This document shows positions 23,165 through 33,990 of a stretch of 64,000 bases of DNA, one piece after another (position 1 is the stretch's first letter; the number at the start of each line of letters is the position of its first letter). Origin of the DNA: Entomortierella parvispora E1425. Lineage: Eukaryota; Fungi; Mortierellomycota. Position numbers and translations under genes: made by a program. The notes beneath the pieces are model-generated. The model worked only from the letters and a program-made list of their open reading frames with translations, did not search any database and had not been told where the DNA came from. The stretch covers positions 1,054,001-1,118,000 of the forward strand of contig BQFW01000002.1 of the NCBI GenBank assembly GCA_020891255.1, given 5' to 3'.

Positions 23165-26100
23165 TCACCTCCGGCTTCGACGACGCGTGTTCGAGGTTGC
23201 TGTGGCCTCGTAAGGCGGGCACTCGCCCTGATCTCCCAAATCATATTCATCCCCACTAAATGCCAAAGACAGATCCCGCCCCTCCATTGCTGCTGAAGAC
23301 GAGGAGGACAAAGGATGACTGCCTCCTGCAGTCGTCGATCCAATCAAGATATCGTCCTCGTCCTCTCCAAACTCTCCCCCTTCCTCGGGTACAATCACCA
23401 TAATCGGAACCTGTAGTCGCAATCCACGGGAATTGAACTTTTCCACCCGGATCTTGATCACAATCTCGTAAGAGACTTCCAGGAGAGGTGCGTTCAGGAT
23501 GGAGTAACCGGTCGCATGGGGCACAGGCACCAAAATAGTCTTTTGGATCTCGCGATCCACTGCAGAACTACAATGGACCAACGTCTTGGACTTGCTGATC
23601 TTTTCACGCTGATGTTGAACCACCGGGAGCACGGTTGCAGTCGCGGTGGAACCGGAGGCGTTTTGGTTCGAGTACGTCGAGGGAGTAGGCGAAGTCATGG
23701 TTGATCTGCTTTCGGGATTATAGCCGATGCCGCCTCCACTGTAGTTGATCGTTCCTGAGGTCGGCTCACTTCCCGATTCCCACTGACTGGAAATGGAGAC
23801 CATGCTGTTCGGACTCGCCACTCCCCTTGAGCCATGAACTGAGCCTTCAGGGGATTCGCCGCCTTGCTCACTAGTAGGGGTCGTTGGAAAGTTGGAGCCA
23901 TAAGGAGAAGCCGGAGGAGAAGGTATCGTTGCAGCAGACGTAGCTTGCTGCTGTTGTTGTCTTCTGGATGAAGAACGCAAGCTGAGTCGTCTACGTCCTC
24001 TTGGCCTCTCTGGCGTGATAGTAGCAGTAGGAGTGATCATGGACTCTTCCGGATCCACCCATGTCGGCGATTGGCCGACCAATCCCATGGTCCTGGCTTT
24101 GGAAAGTCCAGATCCATAGTGAAGACATTTGCACAGTGTGGTCTCGACCACCACCTGTCGTGCATCCGAGTGGTTGACGATATGAATGACCAAGGGAATC
24201 ATCCTTCCAGGACGATAACCCTGCTTCGGCACCCAGGCGTGTGCCTCCAAGAATCCAGTAGACCAGACCCAGTGTCCCACATTGGCCCTGATGGACTCTG
24301 TCTCATAGGGTACCATATATAGCGGCATCAACGCCGGGTCGTTCATCGGGATCAGCTTGATAACCTGAGTCGCGGACGAGAATGTTGGCTCTACCAAGAG
24401 TCCTCGTGGGTTATAGTGGTCGGGACTGGGTAGGATTTGCTTCATCACGGCCTTAAGTTGATAGCTGATGGAACCCACAGGATCTGTAAAGGACCCTGGA
24501 AGGGACATGGTCGTATTGGATGGGATCCGGATTGAAAAGGGGATCACATAGTTGCCTGGTTGCATCAAAACCGCCTTTGGCTCAACTTCGGCAGTCGTTG
24601 AAGTGGTTACTGCGGTCGAACTCTCCCCCATCACGGTGGTATTCCTGATGCTGTCGCTAGTGCTGCTGCTGGATTCTCGATCAACAGAGGATCGACGGCT
24701 GGTGTTGTTGCCTATGGTGAAAGGATCATTAAAGAACACAGATTCACAGGATGATTAGCCAACAATTGTTGCTGAGCGGAATAAAAAAAACAGAAAACTG
24801 AAAACTGAAAACAGAAAACAGAAAAGGAGCTGCAGAAATGTACCATCGTCCACACCACCAGCAGCAGCACTACCATCGATCGAAGCGTCGTTGCTGTCGT
24901 CAGCTGTCTCAGTTGTCTCGGTTGTCTCCGAAGTGGATGGCTCTGCCGTGGCATTAGTGGTTGTCTCTGTTGTCTCTGTTGTCTCTGTTGTTCCTGTCGT
25001 CCCTGTCGTCGTCGAGGCCTGTTGCTCCGCGCTTGCTCGTTCACTCGCTGAACCCGCAGAGATGCCCTCATAATCAGGTGGGTCGTACGAGGGTGCGGCA
25101 GGTAAGGAGGGATCATCGTCCAGTGGGAACTGATTCAATGTACTAATGTTGACCATACTCATATTCCGCCCACCCAACATCCCGAATCCGCCAATAGGCA
25201 TGTCCACATTGGCCGAAAAACTCGTTCGTCTACCTCTCATAGCTGCAGGTGTAGGAGACACTGGTCGGTTCTGCGTCAGTGATAGAGTCGACGAGTTGTG
25301 ACCGTGCGCGTACGGCGAAGGCATCGAAAGTGTCCTTGACATCATCTCAGACGAAGGTCTTCCTTGGTTATTGGAGCCAAGAGCAGCGGCAGTGGCGGCC
25401 GCGGCCGCCGCAATTGTAGTGGCTGTTGAGATGTTCACACTACTATGGTTTGGAAATGTAGACGACCGAGCCTGGACACTGACGACACTTCCTCGACGGT
25501 GTGGATGGCTTGTGCCCGCCCCTTCTGGGGTGTAGGGAGAAGGGGTGGCAGCTGATGTCGAAGAGTTGGGAGAAGGTGTGGTGTGTCGACGAGTGGTGTT
25601 GGTTCTTGCGTTGGTGATGGAAGCGGTCGCAACGGTCTTACACTCTTCTAAAATGGTCATCGTCTTCATGGAGCCCAAGCGAGTTCCGTCCAAGGCTGTT
25701 ACCGTTCCTTGGAGGCAAACCTCTATCGAATGTACCGGTGTTGCCTTTGGCAACTCTAGATGGATCTGCCCGCGGATGGACTCACCAGGGGCCATCACCG
25801 GTGCAGAAAGAACAAGGTTGCCCGTTGCGTCCTGCAGGGAAATGCGCAATTGGGGTGTACGGTAAGTTTTGTACTTCGGCGGTGGTGGATGGCTGGTACT
25901 GCGGGTTCTCTGTCTCCCAGTTGCACTTGCGGGCGGAGGACTTGTTTGTCCATAGCTGTTGACTGTGGTAGAGGATGCTGTTGCTGTGCTGTTCACTGCA
26001 GACGTGGAGGATCGGAAGAAAGAGTTTTGCTGATAAATGGATGAAGATGAAGCAGGGGGAGGAGAGGAGCCAAACAAGGAAGAGGAAGAGACAGACTGGA

Positions 26101-26254
26101 CGACGGATGCTGCTGTCAAAGACAACCGACGTCCAAAGGCACCGCTGGTTCTCACTCTTGTTGGGGGCGATGATGCTAGGGTGGGTGAGTTTGACCGGAT
26201 GTGAGGTTCATTCATTTGGCCGCTAGGAGGGTAGACAACCCGAGAGGCCATCAT
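23165..26254 (-). CDS. Alpha-arrestin (ART-like) with large low-complexity insertions, 2 exons, 985 aa
   Basis: Exons 26254-24844 and 24711-23165. Arrestin-N strands (IRGQIHLEL, PGNYVIPFSIRIP, LPGSF, ISYQLKA), arrestin-C motifs (KQGYRPG, IVNHS, EVSYEI) and PPxY motifs. Confidence 0.8.
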
Positions 26255-26873
26255 GGCGGATAGATAGAACTGAGGATCTGAGGGTTTCTGAGATAGGGCG
26301 CGTGCTCGAATCAGGATTGATGAGGTGGCCTCCGGAGTTGGGTGGCAGGGCTTTGACGCTGTCTGTGTGGGAGTTCTGGTGCTATCGAAGTGGCAAGTCT
26401 GAACTGAAGTAACGGTTGGGTAGGATCTGGGGCACCTCTATTTTTTGCGAGAATCGGAAAGAAAGAGAGAAAGAGACAAAAAAAAGAAAGGGATCGGAGG
26501 AAAAGGTCAAGTGGAAGAAAGAAAAAAATAAAGGGGAGTGTGTGTCCATGGTTTTTGTTCACTATTGTCCATGATCGGGGGAACCATTAAAAAGCAGTGC
26601 ACGCTGAGTCCATAGATATCACCGACAGCAATGGCGACATGGACAGCAGAGCGCAAAACCAAGCCCCTTTGCGAGCTGTCAGTCATCAGTGATATTGTAG
26701 AATGGCGTGTTTGCTTGCCTCTTCATTTTCTCTCTCGCCGTCAAAGATTGCAGCTCTCCCACAGAGCCTTTCGCGAGTATCAGCGCGTCTTCGCGCACTT
26801 ACCATCTGCTATATGACAGCAATATGAAGGGGGGCCCCTCCAGAAAACTTCAAATATGGGTTGGAGCTCAGCC

Positions 26874-26897
26874 AATCCTGGAATCCTGGAATCCTGG
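26874..26897 (+). repeat. (AATCCTGG)x3 upstream of the arrestin gene
   Basis: Three perfect 8-mers. Confidence 0.75.
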
Positions 26898-27200
26898 ACC
26901 CTTTATTTTCTCTCAGCACATGGCAGGCGGCGCTACCTCGGTGTGGTCATCCTTGAGCTTGTGGGCACGGTAATATTGGAAGGATGTCCAGCAAAAGAGC
27001 GGCAAAAGGAGACAGTGCGAGTGACACGAACATCAGGGGGTGAAAAAAGACATCACACGCCCACATGTCCCGTCGCGTCACAGGACCCAGTCTGCTTGTC
27101 AGACTGTGCCTGGAAGCGGAGTGCATCGTTCCTGAACGCGACGCACGTGAATGGGTTGGGTTTGTGTAGGTTGCTACCGAAAGTTTTATTTTTTTCTCGT

Positions 27201-28367
27201 CTACAAGACTGTGCCCATCAACATGTTCTCAAACTTGTTACGTTGGCTGTTTCCAAAGGGAATGCTGTGTTCTTTCATCAGCGACGAGCTGTCGTAGTAA
27301 CCAGAGCTCATGATCAGTATCGAGAGTCATTTGTCATACTCAGAATTTGCAGTCGAACAAGTGGTACTCACAGTCGCGCTTTCGCCAGTTCTGGATCCGT
27401 CGACTCGATTTCAGCTTCATAGGCGGTACCATGAGGATACTATAAGGTAAAAGAGGTAGTACATGTCCTCGATTAGCTAGGAGCAAAACAACGGATTCCT
27501 GGACTTTATCCTTCTGCGCACGTTTCGTAATAGAGAATTTTCTTCAATTACCAAAGTTCTGTCAATCTCGACTGTATAGTCGAGCCATTTGTACTTGTGC
27601 CTAATATTCCTGAACCGGCCCATGTGAGAGTATCCATCGGGGCATGGGACGCGATCGACAATCTTCCTCAGGAGCTTATGGCTAGATAGTCAAGAGCGCG
27701 TCAAGAATAGAGAAATGAGTAAGTTTCTAAGGTCTGTCATGTTGACAAGCAGAACGGCGGAGCAGATAAGTAGCAGTTAGAAGCCAAACCTAGAGGCAGC
27801 CTCGACAATCAAATCGGGATTGTCAATAATCCGTCTTGCAAGATCGACGTCGATGAGCTCTTCCTCCTATCGAGATGATTTGAAGCACAGACGTCAGAGA
27901 GTTTGTCTCGATAGAGCATTAGGAGCCATTGCTGTCAACAAGGCCATCCTCGGAGCAGCGACTCTGCAAGAGCAAACCTACCTCCTCCACAGTGGCAATT
28001 CCGTCAATCAAAACCGCGTTTCCTTTGAGGGCCACGACGGCGATGGGGTCCTTGCCGGACTTTTGGATGACACGAATGCGGAATACGAGCTTATTACCGA
28101 TGCTAAATACACATTCAAGAGGACGGGTAGAAAACAACAAAAGTCGGTTCAATATCGGATTGGTTCCCAGAGGCCAATGTGCGCGCACGCACTGCTCGCA
28201 ACAAGCAAAAGAATGGTGGAGGGACTAGGTATTTACAGTTCTCGGTGTTTGCCGTCAAAGAATACATTCTCCTGGTCCTCGGCTGCCAACATAGGCGTGC
28301 CTAGAGCAGCCTCCAGCCTTGCCGTCTCGTCCTCAGAGGCGAGTCTGATCTTGATCTCAATCTCCAT
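27201..28367 (-). CDS. CYTH-domain triphosphate tunnel metalloenzyme, plant TTM3-like, 6 exons, 204 aa
   Basis: Exons 28367-28237, 28102-27982, 27866-27790, 27681-27552, 27439-27372 and 27288-27201 total 615 nt. EIEIK (ExExK), QENVFFD, FRIR, GRFRNIR, VEIDRT and YEAEIE motifs. Confidence 0.85.
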
Positions 28368-29007
28368 GTGGGGTATGATGTAGATGGGTATGGAGCAAAC
28401 TGACTTGCATGCGTGCATGCATGCATGCAGGGGATTCAAATGCAGCAGAGACAGACAGTCACACATCTGGGCGGAGAGAGGCCCCGCTTGATTGATTACA
28501 TGGTTGTCTGCGGGCACCATCTTGGGTTGCTCTCCTTTCTTGTGTCCACCAGTGCATCCCTCCACTCTCCATCCCTGCCTCAATCAGCTTGACTATCCCC
28601 TCCAGTGGTCAACCGACGCCCTGACCAGCCCTTCGCTCTCTCTCCTGACTCGCTCGTGTGCCCCCCCTTCTGTTTGTTTTGTTTGTAGCTAGCCGACTTT
28701 ACCTACTGTTCTTCCTCTTTACCTCCACTTCCTTCTCGCTCTAGCCCCACACCCTCAACGTCTGTTCCTCCAGCTTCTCCTCTTCCTCCCTTCCCTCCTC
28801 CAAGACGCCACCGCTAGTCTTTGGCTATTGTTACTTCATCTTTTCTGACCAGCAGCTACAAAACACAGACACTTTTCTCCTCTCCACTCCATCAGACCAG
28901 GAGCCGCCGTTCTTTCTTTCCTGCCGACTTTTTCTGTTCCTCTTCCTCTCCGTCCTCACCTCAATCGTTTCCCCTTCCTTTCCTCCTCTCTCCAACCCCA
29001 ATACTCG

Positions 29008-29736
29008 ATGGCCTCTTCCCCCAAGGCCCCTGTCGATGGCCTCACTACACGCCATATTGTCTATCTGGTCTTCATGCACATGATTGGAGCCATGATCCTG
29101 GACGCCGGTATCAACTTTGGTATCGCCACCGCCATGTACAAAAACAATAGCCATCCTGTCAACCTTTGGCCACTGCCTCAGACTTTGGCTGGTGATGCTG
29201 GTGTGACGATTATCATCCAACAGCTTTTGACCTGGATCTTGGATCGAAGGGCCGTTTTTGGAGATCTCAAGAAGGGCATGGTGGCCCCTCTTCGAATGCC
29301 CAAGAATGCTGGACCGGTTTTGCGGTGGTTTGTGGGACTGGATGAGGCCGCCGCTGGGGCCCACTGCAAGACCTTCAAGGAGAAATTATACTTTGTTGTC
29401 AGCTTCCACGGACGTCGGATTGCTGCGATTGTATTGGCGACGTTTGTGCTGTACTGGCCTATCGCTATCGGAATTCTGTCCGGTCTGAAGATTCACGGTA
29501 TCGGAGCAGATCACAGTTCCAGGGGCGGTGACTTTAATGTCTGGCCTCTTCCCGAGATCTTCAAGGGTGTCTATGGAGCGGCCTTGGGCCTGACGACACC
29601 GCTCATGAGCTATGTCACTTTGATCTTCCAGGGTGAGACACAACAATTGAACGCCGTGAGTGACAATGACGACCTCGCCATGAACTCTGTCAGCGACACC
29701 ACAGCCACAGCTCCTCTGGCTCAGAGCGCAGCTTGA
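29008..29736 (+). CDS. Uncharacterised multi-pass membrane protein (resembles the fungal DUF2456 family), intronless, 242 aa
   Basis: Hydrophobic helices and motifs GINFGIATAMY and PQTLAGDAGVT. The family assignment is from recall and needs an HMM check. Confidence 0.7.
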   Translation: MASSPKAPVDGLTTRHIVYLVFMHMIGAMILDAGINFGIATAMYKNNSHPVNLWPLPQTLAGDAGVTIIIQQLLTWILDRRAVFGDLKKGMVAPLRMPKNAGPVLRWFVGLDEAAAGAHCKTFKEKLYFVVSFHGRRIAAIVLATFVLYWPIAIGILSGLKIHGIGADHSSRGGDFNVWPLPEIFKGVYGAALGLTTPLMSYVTLIFQGETQQLNAVSDNDDLAMNSVSDTTATAPLAQSAA

Positions 29737-30049
29737 AAAACGAGATTACTGCATTCTGCTCTCTTCCAAAAAAACCCCGTTTTCAACTTTTCGTATACCT
29801 CTGTTTCTACTAAAAAAAATATCAGTCTAATTCTAATACAGCTCAATGACAACACTAAATCCGCTGAAGGATTGCGATGAAGGGATAGTTTAAATAGCCG
29901 GAAAACTTCTATGGTCTAACGATATGTAAAAATAAGATGGGGTATCTGGTGTAAAGCAACGTTGAAAGAGATGTAGGATCGATCGGGACAAGAACAGGAA
30001 TGCCCCATCATTGGCATGGCCCTGGGTATTGGCCGCTGCCTGTCAGGGC

Positions 30050-31897
30050 TCAGCACAGGTCCAGCTTGTGGATGAGTTCAGCTGAAAGCGCACTCACGGG
30101 CGCGCTCATGGTATAGTGAAGGAGATCCATGGTGCTGTTCTTGAACGGGACAGTGGTCTCAAAGCTGTGCAGTCGATCAATCATACCGTTGCCTCCTACA
30201 CGCCGGTTAACGCCGTCAATCATCTGGTCCACCAACTTGTTCCAGTACAGGATCCGTGGGTTCGTACGCCAGTCCGCCGAGTCTCTTGTAGCCTTGTCCG
30301 CTCTGTCGGTCCAGGCAGGGATACCAGTCCAGATAACCCGAAGGCTGTTCATCTTATTGTCGCCTGTGAGGTCTGTTCGTCCCCTGACACGGGTCTGTTG
30401 GATCATGGCCAGACCATCAAACACCTTTTGAACACGCTGGACAAATCGAGCCGTTGTCCAATGGTCGAGTGATGCAGGCAAGGACCCCATTCCTAAAATC
30501 ACAGTGTCCACCGTCTCCAGAATGTCCAAATGGTCAATTTTCGCCTCCGTGATCTCACCCGCGGTCAGATCAAACGAGTCACCGGCCTCCTCAATTGTGT
30601 ACCGGATGCGGTTCAACGTGTCGGTCAGGAAACCATCCTGGTCATACACTCCCTTGATCTTGCCAGCCTCCAAGGTTTGCTGCTTTCGATCCTCAATGTC
30701 TCCAGCCTGTCCTTGGAGTCGTTGCATGACGCCCAAAAAGACCTGGCGCACATGCGAATCCCCTGCAAAGAATAGAGACCGTGTTTTCTGGAGACAATCG
30801 GCCGCATATCCCTTTTGCTGTTTTCTTTCATGGGAGTCTGACTCTGAGACCGGCTCAAAGTTCGTTTGGTCAGGAAAGAACATGCATCGAGGTCTAACTG
30901 GGATCCATTCATAGTCGTGGGATTGCGCCTGCCGAACAGATGTGATCGTCGACCTGGCTCTATAAGTACCATACTGTCGAGCCTGTGTCATCGCCGACTT
31001 TGAGCAATGATCCCGGGATCCGCCCAATCCTTGCTCCTCATCCATGCGAACAAACGACACACAGTGGGAACACGCCTCAAAATGGTAATGGGATCTCTCC
31101 AGACTTTGGTGCTCCAATTGTTGTTTTGTCTCGTTCTCCTCCTGTTGGATCCGTTCTGCGATGGGGTCGAGGATGTTGTTGCCAAGGTATTCTGGCCAGC
31201 CAGCCTTGTCCATTTCCTCATTCATGGCGTCAAAGCCTTCGTAGGTATGCAGGATTTTTTGGACCCAGAAGCGTCCTGGCCGACTGACCAAGTAAGGGAC
31301 GGCATACGTGCAATTGCCCAGGTATTGCTGTTGAATTAATGAGAGTCGCTCGGGTCCAAGAAGGACTACCCGGAAAGAATCCGGTCCCATGAAGCTAGTG
31401 GCGTACTTGTTGGTTGCATCATCTTTGGAAAGGATCTTGTTGGCCTCTGGTGAACAAGACGGGGCGTTGGCGGTGCTTATCCTTTGAATTCGAAAGTATC
31501 CTCCAGGATAACAAGAGGGAGCATCGTCAGTCGACTGCTGAGCTGGAAGATCGTTCCTGGGATTGCTTCCGGGGGTGGAACAATGGTCCACGGTCCAGCC
31601 TGCGACCGTCTTGACTGAGCGACAGTCGGTAAACTGACGTATCCCGTTCTTTGTGAAATCAGGCAGTGATGATGCGATGAATGGCTTGTCCAATAACATG
31701 CATGCTCTGTCCAATTCAACAGTGTCCTTGGGAGGCTCCTCGATTGTGATGGAATCGGCCGTTGCTGGGGTGTGGAAGCGAGACCAGCCATAGACGTAAA
31801 AAAACTGACATGAGCCAAGAACGGCGACCGTGACCAGGCCGGCAATCTTGAGCTTCCTTCGACGCCCTTGGGCCCTTGCTTCCTTAGCTTCTGACAT
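30050..31897 (-). CDS. Type II membrane SGNH-like esterase/O-acyltransferase (GDS...DxxH; NXPE/TBL/PC-esterase-like), intronless, 615 aa
   Basis: Basic N-terminus, one TM helix, Cys-rich lumenal part, FFAGDSHVR and MDLLHY motifs. Confidence 0.72.
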   Translation of the reverse strand: MSEAKEARAQGRRRKLKIAGLVTVAVLGSCQFFYVYGWSRFHTPATADSITIEEPPKDTVELDRACMLLDKPFIASSLPDFTKNGIRQFTDCRSVKTVAGWTVDHCSTPGSNPRNDLPAQQSTDDAPSCYPGGYFRIQRISTANAPSCSPEANKILSKDDATNKYATSFMGPDSFRVVLLGPERLSLIQQQYLGNCTYAVPYLVSRPGRFWVQKILHTYEGFDAMNEEMDKAGWPEYLGNNILDPIAERIQQEENETKQQLEHQSLERSHYHFEACSHCVSFVRMDEEQGLGGSRDHCSKSAMTQARQYGTYRARSTITSVRQAQSHDYEWIPVRPRCMFFPDQTNFEPVSESDSHERKQQKGYAADCLQKTRSLFFAGDSHVRQVFLGVMQRLQGQAGDIEDRKQQTLEAGKIKGVYDQDGFLTDTLNRIRYTIEEAGDSFDLTAGEITEAKIDHLDILETVDTVILGMGSLPASLDHWTTARFVQRVQKVFDGLAMIQQTRVRGRTDLTGDNKMNSLRVIWTGIPAWTDRADKATRDSADWRTNPRILYWNKLVDQMIDGVNRRVGGNGMIDRLHSFETTVPFKNSTMDLLHYTMSAPVSALSAELIHKLDLC

Positions 31898-32084
31898 TAG
31901 TTGAATGTGGATGAGAATGAAGAAAGGAGATGCTTGTGTTTGTCTAGAGAGACACAACTCACATATTATTGGGGGCTGGAAAGTGCTCTCAGATCTCAGA
32001 GCTTCCAAGGCGAAAGAGGCCTTCATGCAATTACTGAGTTCATTATTATTGGATAAGGTACTTTTTTTCTCTCTCGCTAGCTGC

Positions 32085-33485
32085 TTAGTACTGGCGGCCA
32101 TACCCGCCATGCGCGGGTGCTCCTGAGGCTCCTCCTGCCAGCTGACTGCCATGGCCACTGCCACCAAAGTCCAGCTCTGATGGCTCCACGCCGTACTGAT
32201 CCGCAGCGTAGTCCCGATGGCGGGGTTGTCGGGCAGCTGCAGCAGGGGCGCTTACTGCCGTCGACTCGCCGCTCACAACACTCTCGGCCTGGGGTACGTG
32301 TGAATGGTCCACAGGCTGGTGGCCATAGTCGCCGTATCCAGAGTGATCATAAAAGCCGCCCGCGCCTGCGTCTGTACCAACGTAGTTTCCATGCTGGTCA
32401 TAATCGCCATACGTCTCCTTGTAGTAGGCTTGGTCATACGCGTATCCGTTCTGATCATAGCTGTTGGGGTCGTACTGATCATGGCCATTGTGGTAAGGGT
32501 CCTTCATAGCTGCACCTCCGGCCATGCCTGTCATTGGATGCATGTTCTGACTATAGGCCATGTTAGGATCCTGGTAGTACTGGTCGTCATAGTACACGTC
32601 CTGGTCGTCTGCCGCCGCAGTATTGATGCCGGCATGGGGACGATTGGAGAAGGGATACGCTTGCTCACTCGTTCGTGCGCCGCCACTCAACGCGTTGGCA
32701 GCACCCAAACTCGAACGAGGCTCGCTTCGACGACGGTTGCTCATGCCATAATCAATCTGGTCAAAGTCGGGCATCTTGGATCGGCTTCGGTTCCTCTTCC
32801 ATCGAACCAAGAAGAAGCTGAGCGCCAACACAACCACACACCCCAATCCAATGCCGGCGTATTCGAGCGTCTTGGTCAGGTTGCTGCTCTTATCACCCGA
32901 GCTGGATCCGCTTGAGGCATTGCAGGCCGAAGAAGTTCCAGGGATTCCAAGACCCGTGCAGACCATCGTATTGCTGATCTTGTCCAAACCACAATATGAA
33001 AATGCGGGCGAGCGGCAGTCAGAGTTCTGTGTGCAAGGTTGGATCGGGTTCCCCACGCAGAGGGTCTGCCCTTGCAACATGTCCTGACAGATACCAGTAA
33101 CCACATTGGTGGGCGTGTACGCACAGAGCTGGTTCTGTTGACAACTGGCAGTGCTCATACAGGTCGTGTTCAACGCAGGAGTGTTGGTAGGGAGGGCAGA
33201 TGTAGTCGTGGTAGTCACGATGGGGGGAGGCAGCGTGGTGGTGGTGGGAGGTTTAGAGATGGGAGGGAGAGTTGCGCTTGTGGGAGGAGGGACCAGAGCG
33301 GTTGTCGTAGTCGTGCGGATGACTGAGACCGGTGCGGTCGTAGTCGTGGCAGGGGGGACTACTACTGTTGCACTGGAACTAGCTATAACCTCAGGTGCCG
33401 CGATGACATTGGAGGGAGCCAGGAGGAAGGCCGTGGCACAGAGCACCACGAACGAGGCAGTTACGCCTCTGCGAGGGAACATCAT
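32085..33485 (-). CDS. Type I membrane mucin-like protein (signal peptide, S/T/P stalk, Cys-rich module, TM, Tyr-rich tail), intronless, 466 aa
   Basis: Domain order read directly from the ORF. The TM segment AGIGLGCVVVLALSFFLV is followed by RWKRNR. Confidence 0.8.
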   Translation of the reverse strand: MMFPRRGVTASFVVLCATAFLLAPSNVIAAPEVIASSSATVVVPPATTTTAPVSVIRTTTTTALVPPPTSATLPPISKPPTTTTLPPPIVTTTTTSALPTNTPALNTTCMSTASCQQNQLCAYTPTNVVTGICQDMLQGQTLCVGNPIQPCTQNSDCRSPAFSYCGLDKISNTMVCTGLGIPGTSSACNASSGSSSGDKSSNLTKTLEYAGIGLGCVVVLALSFFLVRWKRNRSRSKMPDFDQIDYGMSNRRRSEPRSSLGAANALSGGARTSEQAYPFSNRPHAGINTAAADDQDVYYDDQYYQDPNMAYSQNMHPMTGMAGGAAMKDPYHNGHDQYDPNSYDQNGYAYDQAYYKETYGDYDQHGNYVGTDAGAGGFYDHSGYGDYGHQPVDHSHVPQAESVVSGESTAVSAPAAAARQPRHRDYAADQYGVEPSELDFGGSGHGSQLAGGASGAPAHGGYGRQY

Positions 33486-33887
33486 GATTGTAGGGGTTTA
33501 CAGGAAGCGAGGAAGGGGAGATAAGTCAAGGAACGGTGCACGTCGCCTACACGAGAATCCGAGACAAAGAAGCTTTGGATCGAGAGTCCGACTGGAATGA
33601 CTGTTCCGGGATGGAGAAAGATGGGCGGATGGAGACAGATGCGGGAGAGTTCCTGCAGGTGGCTGTTTCCGTTGGGAGGAAGGAAGGGAAAAAAGGGGGT
33701 TATGTGGAGAGCGTCGAACGGTCGGGTGAGATCATGAAAAGGGCTCGAGTGAAGCACGGAGGAGTGACTATCGGCACGAGAAGGAGGGGGGAGAGGAGAA
33801 GGGAGAAGGCAGGGCGAAAGGAAAGGAAAGGAAAGGAAGGTGGCAGACAGGTCAAGATGACTTGAGGGACAGCAGAGAAAGAGAGAA

Positions 33888-33990
33888 GAGGAAGAAGAGA
33901 GGAGAAGAAGAAGAGAGGAGAGGAAGAAGAGAGGAGAAGAAGAAGAGAGGAGAAGAAGAAGAGAGGAGAGGAAGAAGAGAGGAGAGGAAG
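33888..33990 (+). repeat. Homopurine 16-nt minisatellite (GA[G/A]GAAGAAGAGAGGA), 6 copies plus a partial
   Basis: Units start at 33888, 33904, 33920, 33936, 33952 and 33968. Confidence 0.92.

Noticed and set aside
28368-28800. Looked for a CDC26-like upstream ORF, as in the plant CDC26-TTM3 bicistron
   Set aside because: No MLRRKPT-like ORF upstream of the CYTH gene.
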